Positions 46,335 to 56,951 of a stretch of 64,000 nt of DNA are shown one piece after another (position 1 is the stretch's first letter; each line of letters begins with the position of its first letter). The DNA lies in the NCBI GenBank assembly GCA_020637195.1, contig JACJWK010000010.1, forward strand, positions 1,674-65,673, read 5' to 3'. The notes under the pieces were generated by a model. The model did not search any database. It was not told where the DNA came from and saw nothing but the letters and a program-made list of their open reading frames with translations. Source of the stretch: Microthrixaceae bacterium (lineage in GTDB: Bacteria > Actinomycetota > Acidimicrobiia > Acidimicrobiales > DATDAH01). A program made the translations under genes and the position numbers.

Positions 46335-47326
46335 CCCTCCGTCAGGCGCCGGCTGAGGCGCTGGCTCACGACCGCGACGGCCGCGAGGGCCTGCGGGTAG
46401 TGCATGCGACTGGGTCCGAGCACCGCGATCGAGCCCGCGGGCTCGCCGGCCACCTCGTAGGGCGACACCACCAGGGCGCACTCGTTGAGCGGCTCCATGC
46501 CGGTCTCGGTGCCGATGGCGACGCTGAGCCCCCGGTCGAGCACGTCGCGCACGAGCGTGACGACGACGAGCTGCTGCTCGAGGATCGACAGCACGCTCCG
46601 GACGGTCTCGACCGCCTCGAAGGCGTTGGCCATCCGGAAGGCGCCGTCGACGAACACCTGGTCGTCGTCGTCGGTGCCACCGAGCGCGGCGAGCGAAGCG
46701 GCGACGAGGCGGTCCACCGCGGCGTCGCCCGTGGGTGGCGCCGCGGCCACGGCCCCGGCGTCGGTGCCGACGAGGTGCGAACCGAGGTGCGCCGCGACCG
46801 CGGCCAGCTGCTCGGGGGCCACCGGGTCGTCGCACTCGATCGTGCGCTTCTCGACCACCCCGTTGGACAGGACGGCCACGACCAGGACCACCCGCTCGGT
46901 GAGGTCGACCAACTGGATCGAGCGCACCGTGGCGACGTCGTGGGGTGGGCCGACCACCACCGCCGCGCAGTCGGTGAGGTTGGCGAGCAGGCGGCTCGTG
47001 TCGTGGAGCATCTCCTCGAGCTCGCCGTGGGCCCGGTTGAAGAACGCCCGCACCTGCTCGGCCTGCCGGGCGTCGAGGCCCTGGGGCTCGACCAGGTTGT
47101 CGACGAAGAACCGGTAGCCCTTGTCCGTCGGCACCCGTCCCGCGCTGGTGTGGGGCTGGTGCAAGAAGCCCTCCTGCTCGAGCACCACCATGTCGTTGCG
47201 CACCGTGGCCGACGACACGGTGACCCCGGGGGCGTTGGCCACGTGGCCCGACCCCACCGGCTGGGCGGTGTCGATGTACTCCTCCACGACCGCACGGAGG
47301 ATGGCGGCTTTGCGTTCGTCGAGCAT
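46331..47326 (-). CDS. hrcA: Heat-inducible transcription repressor HrcA
   Basis: 'MLDERKAAILRAVVEEYIDTAQPVGSGHVA...VSSATVRNDMVVLEQEGFLHQPHTSAGRVPTDKGYRFFVD'. Confidence 0.88.
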   Translation of the reverse strand: MLDERKAAILRAVVEEYIDTAQPVGSGHVANAPGVTVSSATVRNDMVVLEQEGFLHQPHTSAGRVPTDKGYRFFVDNLVEPQGLDARQAEQVRAFFNRAHGELEEMLHDTSRLLANLTDCAAVVVGPPHDVATVRSIQLVDLTERVVLVVAVLSNGVVEKRTIECDDPVAPEQLAAVAAHLGSHLVGTDAGAVAAAPPTGDAAVDRLVAASLAALGGTDDDDQVFVDGAFRMANAFEAVETVRSVLSILEQQLVVVTLVRDVLDRGLSVAIGTETGMEPLNECALVVSPYEVAGEPAGSIAVLGPSRMHYPQALAAVAVVSQRLSRRLTEG

Positions 47327-47430
47327 AAGGACCCCCGGGATGATACCGATCGCGTCGCCCGCACCCATGGTCCCCCCGTCCCCCGGGGCCGCCCGTCCCC
47401 GGGAGGTGGGCGCGGTAGTATCCGGCCCCT

Positions 47431-49197
47431 ATGACCCTCGCGACGGCGGATGACTCGTTCGACCCGTATGCCCCGGACGAGGCCATCGACGCCCGCGAGT
47501 ACCTGCGCACGCTCTGGCACGACAAGTGGCGCATCCTCGGCCTGGCGCTCGGCCTGGCCGTCGTGTTCGGGCTGCTCGGCGCCTTCGCCATCAGCCCGCG
47601 CTTTCGCACCGAGGCCACCATCGCGCTCGACCCGGTCGCGCTGGCCGAGCTGCTCGACACCACGGGCCAGCCGCGCGACCTGCAGGCCGACCTGGCCGCC
47701 GAGGCCAACGTCGTGGCCGACAACGGCCTCGAGGCCGCCGTGGCCGAGCAGCTCGGCTTCCCGTTCGACGTGGACATCCACGTCACCGAGGGCTCGAGCT
47801 CGTCGCTCGACTTCGGCGCCAGCGCCGGCGACGCGGCCCAGGCGCAACAGGCCCTCGACGCCCTGGTCGCGGCCTACCAGACCACCCGCATCGAGCTCGG
47901 CAGCCAGCTCGTGGACGACCAGATCAGCCCCCTGCGCGACCAGATCGCCGAGCTCCAGGCCGGCCGCGACGACGCCAGCGCCCCCCTCGACTCGATCCAG
48001 GCCCAGCTCGACGACAACCCCAGCGCCGAGTACCGGGCCCAGCTGCTCGAGCAGCAGGCCAACCTCCAGGCGCAACTGGGCGACACGCTGAACAGCTTCG
48101 ACGACCAGATCGGTCAGGCCCAGACGCAGATCCAGCGCCTCAACGGGTTCAAAGACGCCATCGCCACGGGCACGAACGCCCAGGTCGTGCAGGGCCCGAC
48201 CACCACCCAGACGACACCGGGCGGCGCCCGCCTCGCGGCCATCGGCTTCATCGTCGGCGCCCTGGCCGGGGTGTTCTGGTCCGTCGGCCGCCGGGTGCTC
48301 GACAAGTCCATCCGCAGCCGCCGCGCCCTCGAGGCGGCCACGGGCCACCGCGTGCTCGGGCTCATCCCCAAGGTGGTCGACTGGGACGAGGACCAGGTCC
48401 AGAACGTCGCGCTCGAGCATCCGACGTCGCCGCCGGCCGAGGCGTACCGCACCCTGCGCACCTCCCTGCGCTTCCTCACCGTCGACGACGACGTGCGCCG
48501 CATCCTCGTCACCAGCGCGGGCGAGGGCGAGGGCAAGACGACGACGGTGGCCAACCTGGGGGTCACGCTCGCCCGGACGGGCAAGCGCGTGCTGCTCGTC
48601 GACGCCGACCTGCGCAAGCCCCGGCTGCACGAGTTCTTCGGCGTGGACGACGACCGCGGGCTGTCCGACGCCCTCCAGGGTGCGTCGGTCGAGGGCCTGC
48701 TCGTTCCCGTCGAGGGCATCGACGCCCTGCAGCTGCTGCCCGCGGGCGGCGTGCTCGCCGACCCGTCCGAGCACCTCGGCTCCGACCGCGCCGCCGAGGT
48801 GCTCGCCGAGCTCGACGGGCTCGCCGACCTCGTCCTGTTCGACGCTCCGCCCGTGCTGCCGGTGTCGGACGCCCTCGAGGTCGGTCGCCAGATGGACGGG
48901 GTGCTGCTCGTCGCCACCGCCGGTCGCACGCAGCCGAAGGAGGCCGAGCTGGCCGCCGAGCTGCTCACCCAGGTCGGGGCGCCGTTGGTGGGCTCGGTGC
49001 TGAACGCCATCTCCCGCGACATGGGTGACGGCTACGCCTTCGAGTACCGCTACGAGCTGGACGGGTCCGCCGCGCCGGACGGCGCGGACACTCCCTCCGG
49101 CGACGCCGGGGCCGATCCGCAGCACGAGGCGACCGCCGGACCCGACGACGAGGACGTGCCGGCGGCGTCGGACCCCGAGGGCGCACCCGCCCGCTGA
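47431..49197 (+). CDS. Polysaccharide co-polymerase / bacterial tyrosine (BY) autokinase (Wzz domain + CpsD/CapB-type ATPase)
   Basis: Two TM helices flank a coiled periplasmic region. Walker A' 'ILVTSAGEGEGKTTTVANL', 'VLLVDADLRKPRL' and 'DLVLFDAPPVLPVSDA'. C-terminal Tyr cluster 'GYAFEYRYE'. Confidence 0.8.
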   Translation: MTLATADDSFDPYAPDEAIDAREYLRTLWHDKWRILGLALGLAVVFGLLGAFAISPRFRTEATIALDPVALAELLDTTGQPRDLQADLAAEANVVADNGLEAAVAEQLGFPFDVDIHVTEGSSSSLDFGASAGDAAQAQQALDALVAAYQTTRIELGSQLVDDQISPLRDQIAELQAGRDDASAPLDSIQAQLDDNPSAEYRAQLLEQQANLQAQLGDTLNSFDDQIGQAQTQIQRLNGFKDAIATGTNAQVVQGPTTTQTTPGGARLAAIGFIVGALAGVFWSVGRRVLDKSIRSRRALEAATGHRVLGLIPKVVDWDEDQVQNVALEHPTSPPAEAYRTLRTSLRFLTVDDDVRRILVTSAGEGEGKTTTVANLGVTLARTGKRVLLVDADLRKPRLHEFFGVDDDRGLSDALQGASVEGLLVPVEGIDALQLLPAGGVLADPSEHLGSDRAAEVLAELDGLADLVLFDAPPVLPVSDALEVGRQMDGVLLVATAGRTQPKEAELAAELLTQVGAPLVGSVLNAISRDMGDGYAFEYRYELDGSAAPDGADTPSGDAGADPQHEATAGPDDEDVPAASDPEGAPAR

Positions 49198-49204
49198 TCG
49201 GCCC

Positions 49205-50566
49205 TCAGCCCAGCGCGCCGTACCGGCGCAGGGCCTCCTCGCGCTCGACGGCGTGGTCCACGATCGGCTCGGGGTAGCCGCCGGGCGGGCCGCCCGGGTG
49301 CTTCCAGGGCTCGTGCACCGCATCGCGGTCGAGGTCCGCCAGCTCGGGGAGCCATCGGCGGAGGTACGTGCCGTCGGGATCGAAGCGGCGAGACTGCGCC
49401 ACCGGGTTGAAGATCCGGAAGTACGGCGCCGCGTCCGTCCCGGTGCCCGCGACCCACTGCCAGCCGTGCTGGTTGGACGCGAGGTCGCCGTCGACCAGGC
49501 GCTCCATGAAGAGCGCCGCGCCACGCGTCCAGTCGAGGTGCAGGTCCTTCACGAGGAAGCTGGCCGTGATCATCCGCACGCGGTTGTGCATCCACGCCTC
49601 GGCGGCGAGCTGGCGCATCCCCGCGTCGACCAGCGGGTACCCGGTCCGCCCGTCGCGCCACGCCGCGAAGCGGCGCTCGGTGTCGGGCCCCTCGTCCACC
49701 TCCATCGCCGCCAGCTTCGGCTTGAGGGAACGCCGCGCCGACCCCGGGTGGTGGAACAGGACGTCGGCGTAGAACTCGCGCCAGATCAGCTCGCGGCGCA
49801 GCACCTCACCGCCCCGGTCGCCCGGGGGCAGGCGGTCGAGCACCTGGCGCGGGTGGAGGCACCCGAACTTGAGGTAGGGGGAGAGCCGCGAGGTCCCGTC
49901 GACACCGGGGCGGTCGCGCTCGTCGGCGTAGGCCGCCACGCCGCCCTCGACGAACGCGTCGAGGCGCCCGTGGGCACCGCGCTCACCCGGGGGCGGCAGT
50001 GCCACGCCGGCGGGGGGATCGACGGAGGGCGGCGCGTCGCGGTCCAGGTCGCCCACCCACGCCACGTCCACCTCGGCCACCGGCCGCGTGTCCGCGTGGT
50101 CCGCCCACGCCCGGGAGAAGGGCGTGAACACCTGGTAGGGCGTCCCCGCCTGGGTCCGGACCACGCCGGGCGCGACCACGTACGGGGTGCCCACCCGCCG
50201 CAGCGCGCCGCCCCGGTCGGTGAGGGCGGCGTCCACGGCCTCGTCCCGGGCCCGCCCGTAGGGGCCGAAGTCCTCGGTGACGAACACGTCGGTGGCGCCC
50301 ACCTCGGCGGCGACCGCCGGGACCACGGCGGTGGGGTCCCCGCGCCGGCGCACCAGGCGCCCGCCGGTCGACTCGTCGAGGTCGGCGAGGCAGCCCTCCA
50401 GGAAGGCCGCGCGGGCCCCACCGGACGGGCCGCGGAGCCGCTCGTCGTCCACGAAGAGGGCCACGAGCCGGTCGCTCGCGGCGGCCGCGGCCGCGATGGC
50501 CGGGTGGTCGGCGAGCCGCAGGTCGCGCCGGAACCAGACGACCGCGACCCCGGCACCCTCAGCCAT
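49205..50566 (-). CDS. phrB: Deoxyribodipyrimidine photolyase / cryptochrome family protein
   Basis: '[15 protein letters not shown]', '[14 protein letters not shown]', 'WREFY' and '[63 protein letters not shown]'. Confidence 0.88.
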   Translation of the reverse strand: MAEGAGVAVVWFRRDLRLADHPAIAAAAAASDRLVALFVDDERLRGPSGGARAAFLEGCLADLDESTGGRLVRRRGDPTAVVPAVAAEVGATDVFVTEDFGPYGRARDEAVDAALTDRGGALRRVGTPYVVAPGVVRTQAGTPYQVFTPFSRAWADHADTRPVAEVDVAWVGDLDRDAPPSVDPPAGVALPPPGERGAHGRLDAFVEGGVAAYADERDRPGVDGTSRLSPYLKFGCLHPRQVLDRLPPGDRGGEVLRRELIWREFYADVLFHHPGSARRSLKPKLAAMEVDEGPDTERRFAAWRDGRTGYPLVDAGMRQLAAEAWMHNRVRMITASFLVKDLHLDWTRGAALFMERLVDGDLASNQHGWQWVAGTGTDAAPYFRIFNPVAQSRRFDPDGTYLRRWLPELADLDRDAVHEPWKHPGGPPGGYPEPIVDHAVEREEALRRYGALG

Positions 50567-52343
50567 CGAGGCGCAGCGCCGACACGAAGGCCTCGGGCGG
50601 GACCTCGACCCGCCCGATGCTCTTCATGCGGCGCTTGCCCTCCTTCTGGCGCTCGATCAGCTTGCGCTTGCGGGTGATGTCGCCGCCGTAGCACTTGGCC
50701 GTGACGTCCTTGCGCTTCGCCTTCACCGTCTCCCGGGCGATGATGCGACCCCCGATGGCGGCCTGGATGGGCACGTCGAACATCTGACGGGGGATGAGCT
50801 CGCGCAGCTTCTCGGTCATCTTGCGGCCGTAGTCCTGGGCCTTGTCCCGATGCATGATCGTGCTGAAGGCGTCGACGGGGTCCCCGTTCAACAGCACGTC
50901 CACCTTCACGAGCGTGGAGGGCAGGTAGCCGGCGGGCTCGTAGTCGAGGCTGGCGTAGCCCTGCGTCCGGCTCTTGAGCTGGTCGAAGAAGTCGGTGACG
51001 ACCTCGGCGAGGGGCAGCCGGTAGACCAGCTCGACCCGCTCGGGCGACAGGTACTCCATCTTCACCATGTCGCCCCGCCGGGCCTGGCACAGCTCCATCA
51101 GCGCCCCCGTGTAGTCGGTCGGCGTCAAGATGGTGGCGGTCAGGTACGGCTCGTCGATGCGCTCGATCTCGCCCGCCTGGGGCATGTCGCTCGGGTTGTC
51201 GATGACCAGCTCGTGGCCGCCCGTGGTGACGAGCCGGTACTCCACCGACGGCGCCGTGGCGATGAGGTTGAGGTCGAACTCCCGCTCGAGCCGCTCGCGC
51301 ACGATCTCCATGTGGAGCAGGCCCAGGAAGCCGCACCGGAACCCGAACCCGAGGGCGCCGGACGTCTCGGGCTGGTAGGTGAAGCTGGAGTCGTTGAGGC
51401 GCAGCTTCTCGAGCGACTCGCGGAGGGTGGCGAACTCGTCGCCGTCGACGGGGTACAGCCCGCAGAACACCATCGGCTTGGGGTCCCGGTAGCCCTCGAG
51501 CGGGTCCTCGGCGCCCCGGACGGCCGTCGTGACCGTCTCCCCCGAACGGGCCTCGCCCACGTCCTTGATGCCCGCGATGAGGTAGCCCACCTCACCGGGG
51601 CCGAGGGACGCCACCGGCGAGGGGGTCGGCGTGCGCACCCCGACCTCGTCGGCCTCGTGGGTGGAGCCCGCCTGCAGGAACCGCAGCTTCGAGCCCGTGG
51701 CCAGCACGCCGTTGACCACCCGGATCGAGCTGACGACGCCGCGGTACTGGTCGAAGTGCGAGTCGAAGATGAGGCCCTGGAGCGGGGCGTCGGGGTCGCC
51801 GGTGGGCGCCGGCACCCGCGCCACGACCGCGTCGAGCAGGTCGCGCACGCCCTCGCCGGTCTTGGCGCTGATGGGCAGGATCTCCTCGGCGGGCAGGCCC
51901 AGCACCTTCTCGATCTCCTCCGCGTAGCGGTCCGGCTCGGCCGCCGGGAGGTCGATCTTGTTGAGGGCGGCCACGATCTCGAGGTCGCCCTCCAGCGCCA
52001 GGTAGCAGTTGGCCAGGGTCTGGGCCTCGATGCCCTGGGCGGCGTCGACGAGCAGGATGACGCCCTCGCAGGCGGCCAACGACCGACTCACCTCGTACCC
52101 GAAGTCGACGTGGCCGGGGGTGTCGATGAGGTTGAGCACGTGGTCGCCGTACTGGAGGCGCACGCTCTGGAGCTTGATGGTGATGCCCCGCTCGCGCTCG
52201 AGGTCCATCGAGTCGAGGTACTGCGCTCGCATCTCCCGGGCGTCGACGGCACCGCAGATCTCGAGCATGCGGTCGGCCAGCGTGCTCTTGCCGTGGTCGA
52301 TGTGGGCGATGATGGCGATGTTGCGGAGGCGCGACGGGTCCAT
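50559..52343 (-). CDS. lepA: Translation elongation factor 4
   Basis: '[20 protein letters not shown]', '[12 protein letters not shown]' and the LepA-specific C-terminus '[46 protein letters not shown]'. Confidence 0.97.
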   Translation of the reverse strand: MDPSRLRNIAIIAHIDHGKSTLADRMLEICGAVDAREMRAQYLDSMDLERERGITIKLQSVRLQYGDHVLNLIDTPGHVDFGYEVSRSLAACEGVILLVDAAQGIEAQTLANCYLALEGDLEIVAALNKIDLPAAEPDRYAEEIEKVLGLPAEEILPISAKTGEGVRDLLDAVVARVPAPTGDPDAPLQGLIFDSHFDQYRGVVSSIRVVNGVLATGSKLRFLQAGSTHEADEVGVRTPTPSPVASLGPGEVGYLIAGIKDVGEARSGETVTTAVRGAEDPLEGYRDPKPMVFCGLYPVDGDEFATLRESLEKLRLNDSSFTYQPETSGALGFGFRCGFLGLLHMEIVRERLEREFDLNLIATAPSVEYRLVTTGGHELVIDNPSDMPQAGEIERIDEPYLTATILTPTDYTGALMELCQARRGDMVKMEYLSPERVELVYRLPLAEVVTDFFDQLKSRTQGYASLDYEPAGYLPSTLVKVDVLLNGDPVDAFSTIMHRDKAQDYGRKMTEKLRELIPRQMFDVPIQAAIGGRIIARETVKAKRKDVTAKCYGGDITRKRKLIERQKEGKRRMKSIGRVEVPPEAFVSALRLDG

Positions 52344-52485
52344 GGGCAGGGTTCGACGCTACCTGCTCGACCGTGGCTCTCCGTGGTCCGCCTCCCGGGA
52401 CGGCTCGGCCACCGGCCGAAACGTGCCTGGGGAGTCGGGCCCCGCTATCCTGTGTCGGCTCTCCGTACGCTCCCGAGGAATCCCC

Positions 52486-52755
52486 GTGGCCAACATCGCC
52501 AGCCAGATCAAGCGCAACAAGCAGAACGAGAAGCGCCGCCTCCGCAACAAGTCGGTGCGCTCGGAGCTGCGCACCCGCGTGAAGGCGGCCGAGGCGGCGG
52601 CGACGGAAGGCGCCGAGGACCTGGTCGAGGCCACCCGGGTGGCGATGAAGCGCATCGACAAGGCCGCGGCCAAGGGCGTGATCCACAAGAACGAGGCCTC
52701 CCGGCGCAAGTCCCGCCTGGCCAAGCGCCTCGCGAAGCTCGAGGCCGACGCCTGA
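52486..52755 (+). CDS. rpsT: 30S ribosomal protein S20
   Basis: 'ANIASQIKRNKQNEKRRLRNKSVRSELRT...KGVIHKNEASRRKSRLAKRL'. GTG start preceded by GAGGA. Confidence 0.9.
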   Translation: MANIASQIKRNKQNEKRRLRNKSVRSELRTRVKAAEAAATEGAEDLVEATRVAMKRIDKAAAKGVIHKNEASRRKSRLAKRLAKLEADA

Positions 52756-52791
52756 TCCGGCCCTCCCTCCGTACGGTCCGCACGGCCCTCG

Positions 52792-53793
52792 TCAGCGCCG
52801 GCTGAGCCGGGCCATCCGGGCCACCAGCACCTCCATCACCAGCTCCGGCGGCCACGCCTTGGCGCCCCGCAGGTCCAGGTCGGCCTGCGCCAGGAGGTGC
52901 ACGGCCCGCCGCAGGCGGTCCGTGCCCAGTCGCCGCCCCTGCTCGAGGGCCTTGCGGGCGGGGAAGGTGGATCCCTTCAGCCCGAGCAGCGCTGCCGCGT
53001 CCTTCTCGCCGCCCACGGCCGCCCCGTCGAGGCGCACCATGCGGGCGACGTGGGCGTGCAGGCTCGCCATCACCTGGAGCGGGTGCCGGTCGCCCGCGCC
53101 GAGGGTCCGGTGCAGGCGGTCGAGGGCGAGCGGGATGTCCCCCCGGTCGATGGCGTCGGTCAGCTCCCACGGCGGCACCGTGCCCGCTTCCCCGAGGTAG
53201 GGCTCGACGTCGGCAGCTCCGAGTCCGGCTCCGGGGCCGAACGCCCCCTCGAGCGTGGCGAGCAGGGCCGCCAGGCGCTCGACGTCGTCGGCGAGGCGGG
53301 TGGTGACGAGGGCCTGGGCCTCGCGGTCGAGGCGCACGGCGGCGCCCGCCAACTGGGCGTCGACCCACGCCTTGCGGTCGGCCGGACGGGCCAGCGTCGT
53401 GTTGGTGACGGTGCCACCGGCGCTCTTCACCGCGTCGAGCAGCTTCTTCGGCGGCGTCTTCGGGCCCTTCTCGGGGTAGGGCGGTTCCCAGACCAGCACC
53501 AACGAGGTGGTGGGCGCCGGGTCCCCGAGGAAGGCCAGGAGCGGTGCGAGATCGGTCCCCTTGGCGAACCGGCCCAGGTTCCGGACGACGACGATGCGGT
53601 GGTCGGTGAGGAAGGGCAGCGTCTGCGCGGCGTCGACCGCCGCCGCCAGCTCGTACTCCTCGCCGGCGTACTCGTCGACGAGCAGGCCCCGGTCGCCGTC
53701 GCCGACGAGCTCGGCCACCACGCGGCGGACCTCGTCGCCGACGAGCACCGGGTCGTCGCCGCGGACGAGCACGACGGTGGCTCCCTCCCCCAC
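52792..53793 (-). CDS. holA: DNA polymerase III delta subunit
   Basis: 'VVLVRGDDPVLVGDEV', 'LPFLTDHRIVVVRN' and 'PPWELTDAI'. Sits between comEC/folP and rpsT. GTG at 53793 is preceded by GGGGAGG. Confidence 0.7.
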   Translation of the reverse strand: MGEGATVVLVRGDDPVLVGDEVRRVVAELVGDGDRGLLVDEYAGEEYELAAAVDAAQTLPFLTDHRIVVVRNLGRFAKGTDLAPLLAFLGDPAPTTSLVLVWEPPYPEKGPKTPPKKLLDAVKSAGGTVTNTTLARPADRKAWVDAQLAGAAVRLDREAQALVTTRLADDVERLAALLATLEGAFGPGAGLGAADVEPYLGEAGTVPPWELTDAIDRGDIPLALDRLHRTLGAGDRHPLQVMASLHAHVARMVRLDGAAVGGEKDAAALLGLKGSTFPARKALEQGRRLGTDRLRRAVHLLAQADLDLRGAKAWPPELVMEVLVARMARLSRR

Positions 53794-53798
53794 GACGA

Positions 53799-54641
53799 TC
53801 AGACCTCCCCGTCCCGGGCGGCGAGGATGGCCGCCATCACGTCCGAGACCCGACGGGACCCCCGCACGTCGTGGGCGCGCAGGACCCGGCACCCGAGGGC
53901 GATCCCGAGCGCGTGGGAGGCCAGGCTCGCCTCGCGGCGGTCGGTGACCTCGGTGCCGACGAGCGCACCGAGGAACCGCTTGTTCGAGGCGGAGAGGAAC
54001 ACCGGGTACCCGAGCTCGACCAGGGCGTCGGAGGCGCGCAGCAACTCGAGCGACTGCGGCTCGGTCTTGCCGAGGTCGAGGCCGGCGTCCACCATGATCT
54101 GCTCGCGCGGGATCCCCGCTGCCTCCGCCCGGGCCGCACGGTCGGCCAGGAAGGCGCACACGTCCGGGACGAGATCGTCGTACGTCGGTTCGGGGTCCGG
54201 GACGCGGGGCGCGAGGCGGATGTGGGTGGCCACGACCGAGGCGCCGGCCTCGGCCGCGACCGCCAGGTAGTCGGGATCGGCGAAGCCGCTGATGTCGTTG
54301 CCCACCACCGCACCGGCGGCGTAGGCCGCCCGGGCCACCGACGCCCGCCAGGTGTCGACCGAGACGGGCAGGTCGAACCGGGCCACGAGCGCCTCGACCG
54401 CGGGCAGCACGCGGTCGAGCTCCTCCTGCTCGGTGACCTCGGGGCCCGGCCCCGCCTTCACGCCGCCGACGTCGAGGAAGTCGGCGCCGTCGGCCACGAG
54501 CTCGTCGGCCTTCGCGAGGAAGGCGTCGAAGGCCCAGTAGCCGCCCTGGTCGAAGAACGAGTCGGGGGTGCGGTTCAAGATGCCCATGACCAGGGCGCGG
54601 TGGCGGATGTCGAACCGGTGCGGGCCGAGCGCGAGCTGCAC
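53799..54641 (-). CDS. folP: Dihydropteroate synthase
   Basis: 'ALVMGILNRTPDSFFDQG', 'GADFLDVGGVKAGPG', 'VSVDTWRASVA', 'NDISGF' and 'GLDLGKT'. Confidence 0.85.
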   Translation of the reverse strand: MQLALGPHRFDIRHRALVMGILNRTPDSFFDQGGYWAFDAFLAKADELVADGADFLDVGGVKAGPGPEVTEQEELDRVLPAVEALVARFDLPVSVDTWRASVARAAYAAGAVVGNDISGFADPDYLAVAAEAGASVVATHIRLAPRVPDPEPTYDDLVPDVCAFLADRAARAEAAGIPREQIMVDAGLDLGKTEPQSLELLRASDALVELGYPVFLSASNKRFLGALVGTEVTDRREASLASHALGIALGCRVLRAHDVRGSRRVSDVMAAILAARDGEV

Positions 54642-54652
54642 GGCAGCGGACG

Positions 54653-56434
54653 CTACACCGACCCCCCGCCTCCGCCACCGGCCGCGTCCGGGTGGACCTC
54701 GAGACCGCCGTCGACCTCGCGAACGACCAGCCCGACGTCGCCCAGCCCGACCCGGGTGCCGTCCGGCGGCGCGACCGCGCCCGGGACGGGCGACCCGTCG
54801 GGAGCGACGACGATCGGGGCGCCGTAGCGACGGCGCAGGTCCGCCACGACCGGCGCCAGGGCGCCCGAGTCGCTGCGGCACACCACGAGGTCGAGACGGG
54901 CGACACCGGCCGTGCGCAGTCCCGCCAGCAGGTCGCCCTCGTCGACCCGGCCGCTGAGGACGAGGACCACGCGCCCGCCCCCACGCCAGAGGTCCGCCCC
55001 GTCGGCGGGCCGGCCGTGGGGCGGTGGCGTCCCCAGCCGCAGCACCAGGCCCGGGAGGACCAGGGCACCGACCAGGAGGACAACACCACCGGCCACCAGC
55101 GCCGACCGGTGCCGGCGTCGGCCCACCGTGACGGCCCCGCCGCCGGCCACGGCCGCGACCAGCTCCGTCGCGCCGAGCTGCCCCAGGGGCACCCCGACCG
55201 CGACGCGGGCGACGCCGGCCACCCAGCCGACCAGCAGCCGCGTGGGCAGGTGCACCAGGTCGGCGACGGCGGGCACGGCACCGGCGAGCAGGCCCGCGGT
55301 CATCCCCCACGTCGTGAGCGGGCCCGCCGCCGGGACGGCGAGCAGGTTGGCCGCGGGCGCCACCACGGGCAGGTCCCCGAAGGTGGACAGCAGGACCGGG
55401 GCCACACCGAGCTGGGCGCCCAGTCCGACCGAGAGCGCCTCCGCGAGCGGGCGCGGGCCCGGCAGCGCCCGCTCCAGTGGCCCGGCGAGCGCCACGATCC
55501 CCAACGAGGCCGCCACCGAGAGCCGGAACCCGACCGAGACGACGAGGAGCGGGTCGACGAGCACCAGCCCGGCGACGGCGAGGGACAGCACCCGCAGGCT
55601 CGTGGCCTCCCGCCCCCGAGTGGCGGCCAACGTGGCGATCGCCGCCATCGCGGTCGCCCGCAGGACCGAGGGCTCGAAGCGGGTGAGCAGCGCGAAGAAC
55701 GCCAGCAGCGCCAGGGTCGCGACGAAGCGGCTCCGCAGGCCCAGGCGCCGCAGCGCGGGGGCGAACAGGGCGAGCACGAACGCCACGTTCTGCCCGGACA
55801 CGGCCAGCAGGTGCATGAGCCCGGCTCCGCGGAAGTCGTCGGTCACGAGCTCGGACCGCCCCCGGTCGTCCCCCAGCACGAAGCCGAGGAAGAGGGCCCG
55901 GGTGTCGTCGGGCAGGTCGGCGGCGCCCCGGGCGAGCAGCCGGTGCAGCCGATTGGCCGCCTGCACCGGCGGCGTCCCGGGACGCCACCCTTCGACGACG
56001 TCGATCTCCAGGCGGCCCGACAGGTGGCGCGCCACCTGCCACGCGCCCGGGTCGGTGAGCGGTCGCAGCCGGCCGGTGACGAGGACCTGCTCTCCGCTGA
56101 GCCGCGCCCGGAGCGATCCCGAGGCGCCGCCGCGCGCCCACGCCTCGACGTGGCGCCGACCCAGGCGGACCTCGACCTGGACGCCCGAGGCGACGGGCGA
56201 CGGGTCGGTGAGCAGGGTCACCCATCCGTGATGCCGGCCGGCGGGGGCCGGGGCGAGACCCCGATGGGCGGCGGCGCCCCACGTGCTGGCGAGCGCCGCG
56301 GCGAGCAGCACCAGCGCCACCGGGCGCCGCCAGCGCACCAGGCCGACGGCGAGCGCGGCCAGGACCGGCCCGGGCACCGGCCGGGCGAGCGTGGCGCCGG
56401 CCACGACACCCACGGCCAGCGCGACGGCGGCCAC
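54653..56434 (-). CDS. comEC: ComEC/Rec2-family DNA internalisation channel protein, apparently lacking a canonical metallo-beta-lactamase HxHxDH motif
   Basis: Competence domain 'RGAGLMHLLAVSGQNVAFVLALFAP...' with multiple TM helices. Start is tentative (GTG 56434). Confidence 0.72.
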   Translation of the reverse strand: MAAVALAVGVVAGATLARPVPGPVLAALAVGLVRWRRPVALVLLAAALASTWGAAAHRGLAPAPAGRHHGWVTLLTDPSPVASGVQVEVRLGRRHVEAWARGGASGSLRARLSGEQVLVTGRLRPLTDPGAWQVARHLSGRLEIDVVEGWRPGTPPVQAANRLHRLLARGAADLPDDTRALFLGFVLGDDRGRSELVTDDFRGAGLMHLLAVSGQNVAFVLALFAPALRRLGLRSRFVATLALLAFFALLTRFEPSVLRATAMAAIATLAATRGREATSLRVLSLAVAGLVLVDPLLVVSVGFRLSVAASLGIVALAGPLERALPGPRPLAEALSVGLGAQLGVAPVLLSTFGDLPVVAPAANLLAVPAAGPLTTWGMTAGLLAGAVPAVADLVHLPTRLLVGWVAGVARVAVGVPLGQLGATELVAAVAGGGAVTVGRRRHRSALVAGGVVLLVGALVLPGLVLRLGTPPPHGRPADGADLWRGGGRVVLVLSGRVDEGDLLAGLRTAGVARLDLVVCRSDSGALAPVVADLRRRYGAPIVVAPDGSPVPGAVAPPDGTRVGLGDVGLVVREVDGGLEVHPDAAGGGGGGSV

Positions 56435-56482
56435 ATCGGGACGTCCGGCCCACGGCCTCGGGCGGCCTCTACCATCGCCGGG

Positions 56483-56935
56483 GTGAGCACCCGTGCCCGC
56501 CGGAGCCGGGAGGGCCCCGCGCCCGGCTCCGTCGTGGCCCGCCCGGGCCGGATCCGGCTGCTCGGGCCCCTGGCGGCGCTGTTGCTGCCGACCGCGCTGC
56601 TCGGCCTCGCCGCGGCGATCTTCTTCGGCTACCCGTGCGAGGGATCGGCCTGCGTGCGGCCCTCGCTCGTGTCGTACTTCCTCGTGCTGCTGGCGGCCCC
56701 CACCGCGTTGCTCGCCGGCCTGCCCTGGTTCCTGCACCCGCTCAACGTCGGGCTCACGGTGGTGTCGAGCGTGGTGCTCTGGGTGGCGCTCGGGCGGTGG
56801 TCGGCCCGCCGGGCCACCGAGGACGTCGACGCCGGCTGGCGGGCCTACGTGGCGGAGCTCGCCCTCGTGCTCGCCGGGATCTGGGGCGGCATCGTGGTCG
56901 GCCTCGCCGTCGTGGGGCTGTGGCTGTCGCACTGA
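56483..56935 (+). CDS. Hypothetical integral membrane protein (about 150 aa, 4 predicted TM helices)
   Basis: High GC3 on the plus strand, while the overlapping minus-strand frame is Arg/His/Gln-rich junk. Hydrophobic segments include 'LLGPLAALLLPTALLGLAAAIFF', 'YFLVLLAAPTALLAGLPWF', 'GLTVVSSVVLWVAL' and 'LALVLAGIWGGIVVGLAVVGLWL'. Confidence 0.5.
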   Translation: MSTRARRSREGPAPGSVVARPGRIRLLGPLAALLLPTALLGLAAAIFFGYPCEGSACVRPSLVSYFLVLLAAPTALLAGLPWFLHPLNVGLTVVSSVVLWVALGRWSARRATEDVDAGWRAYVAELALVLAGIWGGIVVGLAVVGLWLSH

Positions 56936-56951
56936 CGCGCCCTCGGCCGGA

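Noticed and set aside
47327-47430. Expected CIRCE operator (TTAGCACTC-N9-GAGTGCTAA) upstream of hrcA-dnaJ.
   Set aside because: I read the 104-bp spacer on both strands and found no such inverted repeat. I have not exhaustively scanned the whole window by computation, so absence elsewhere is not proven.
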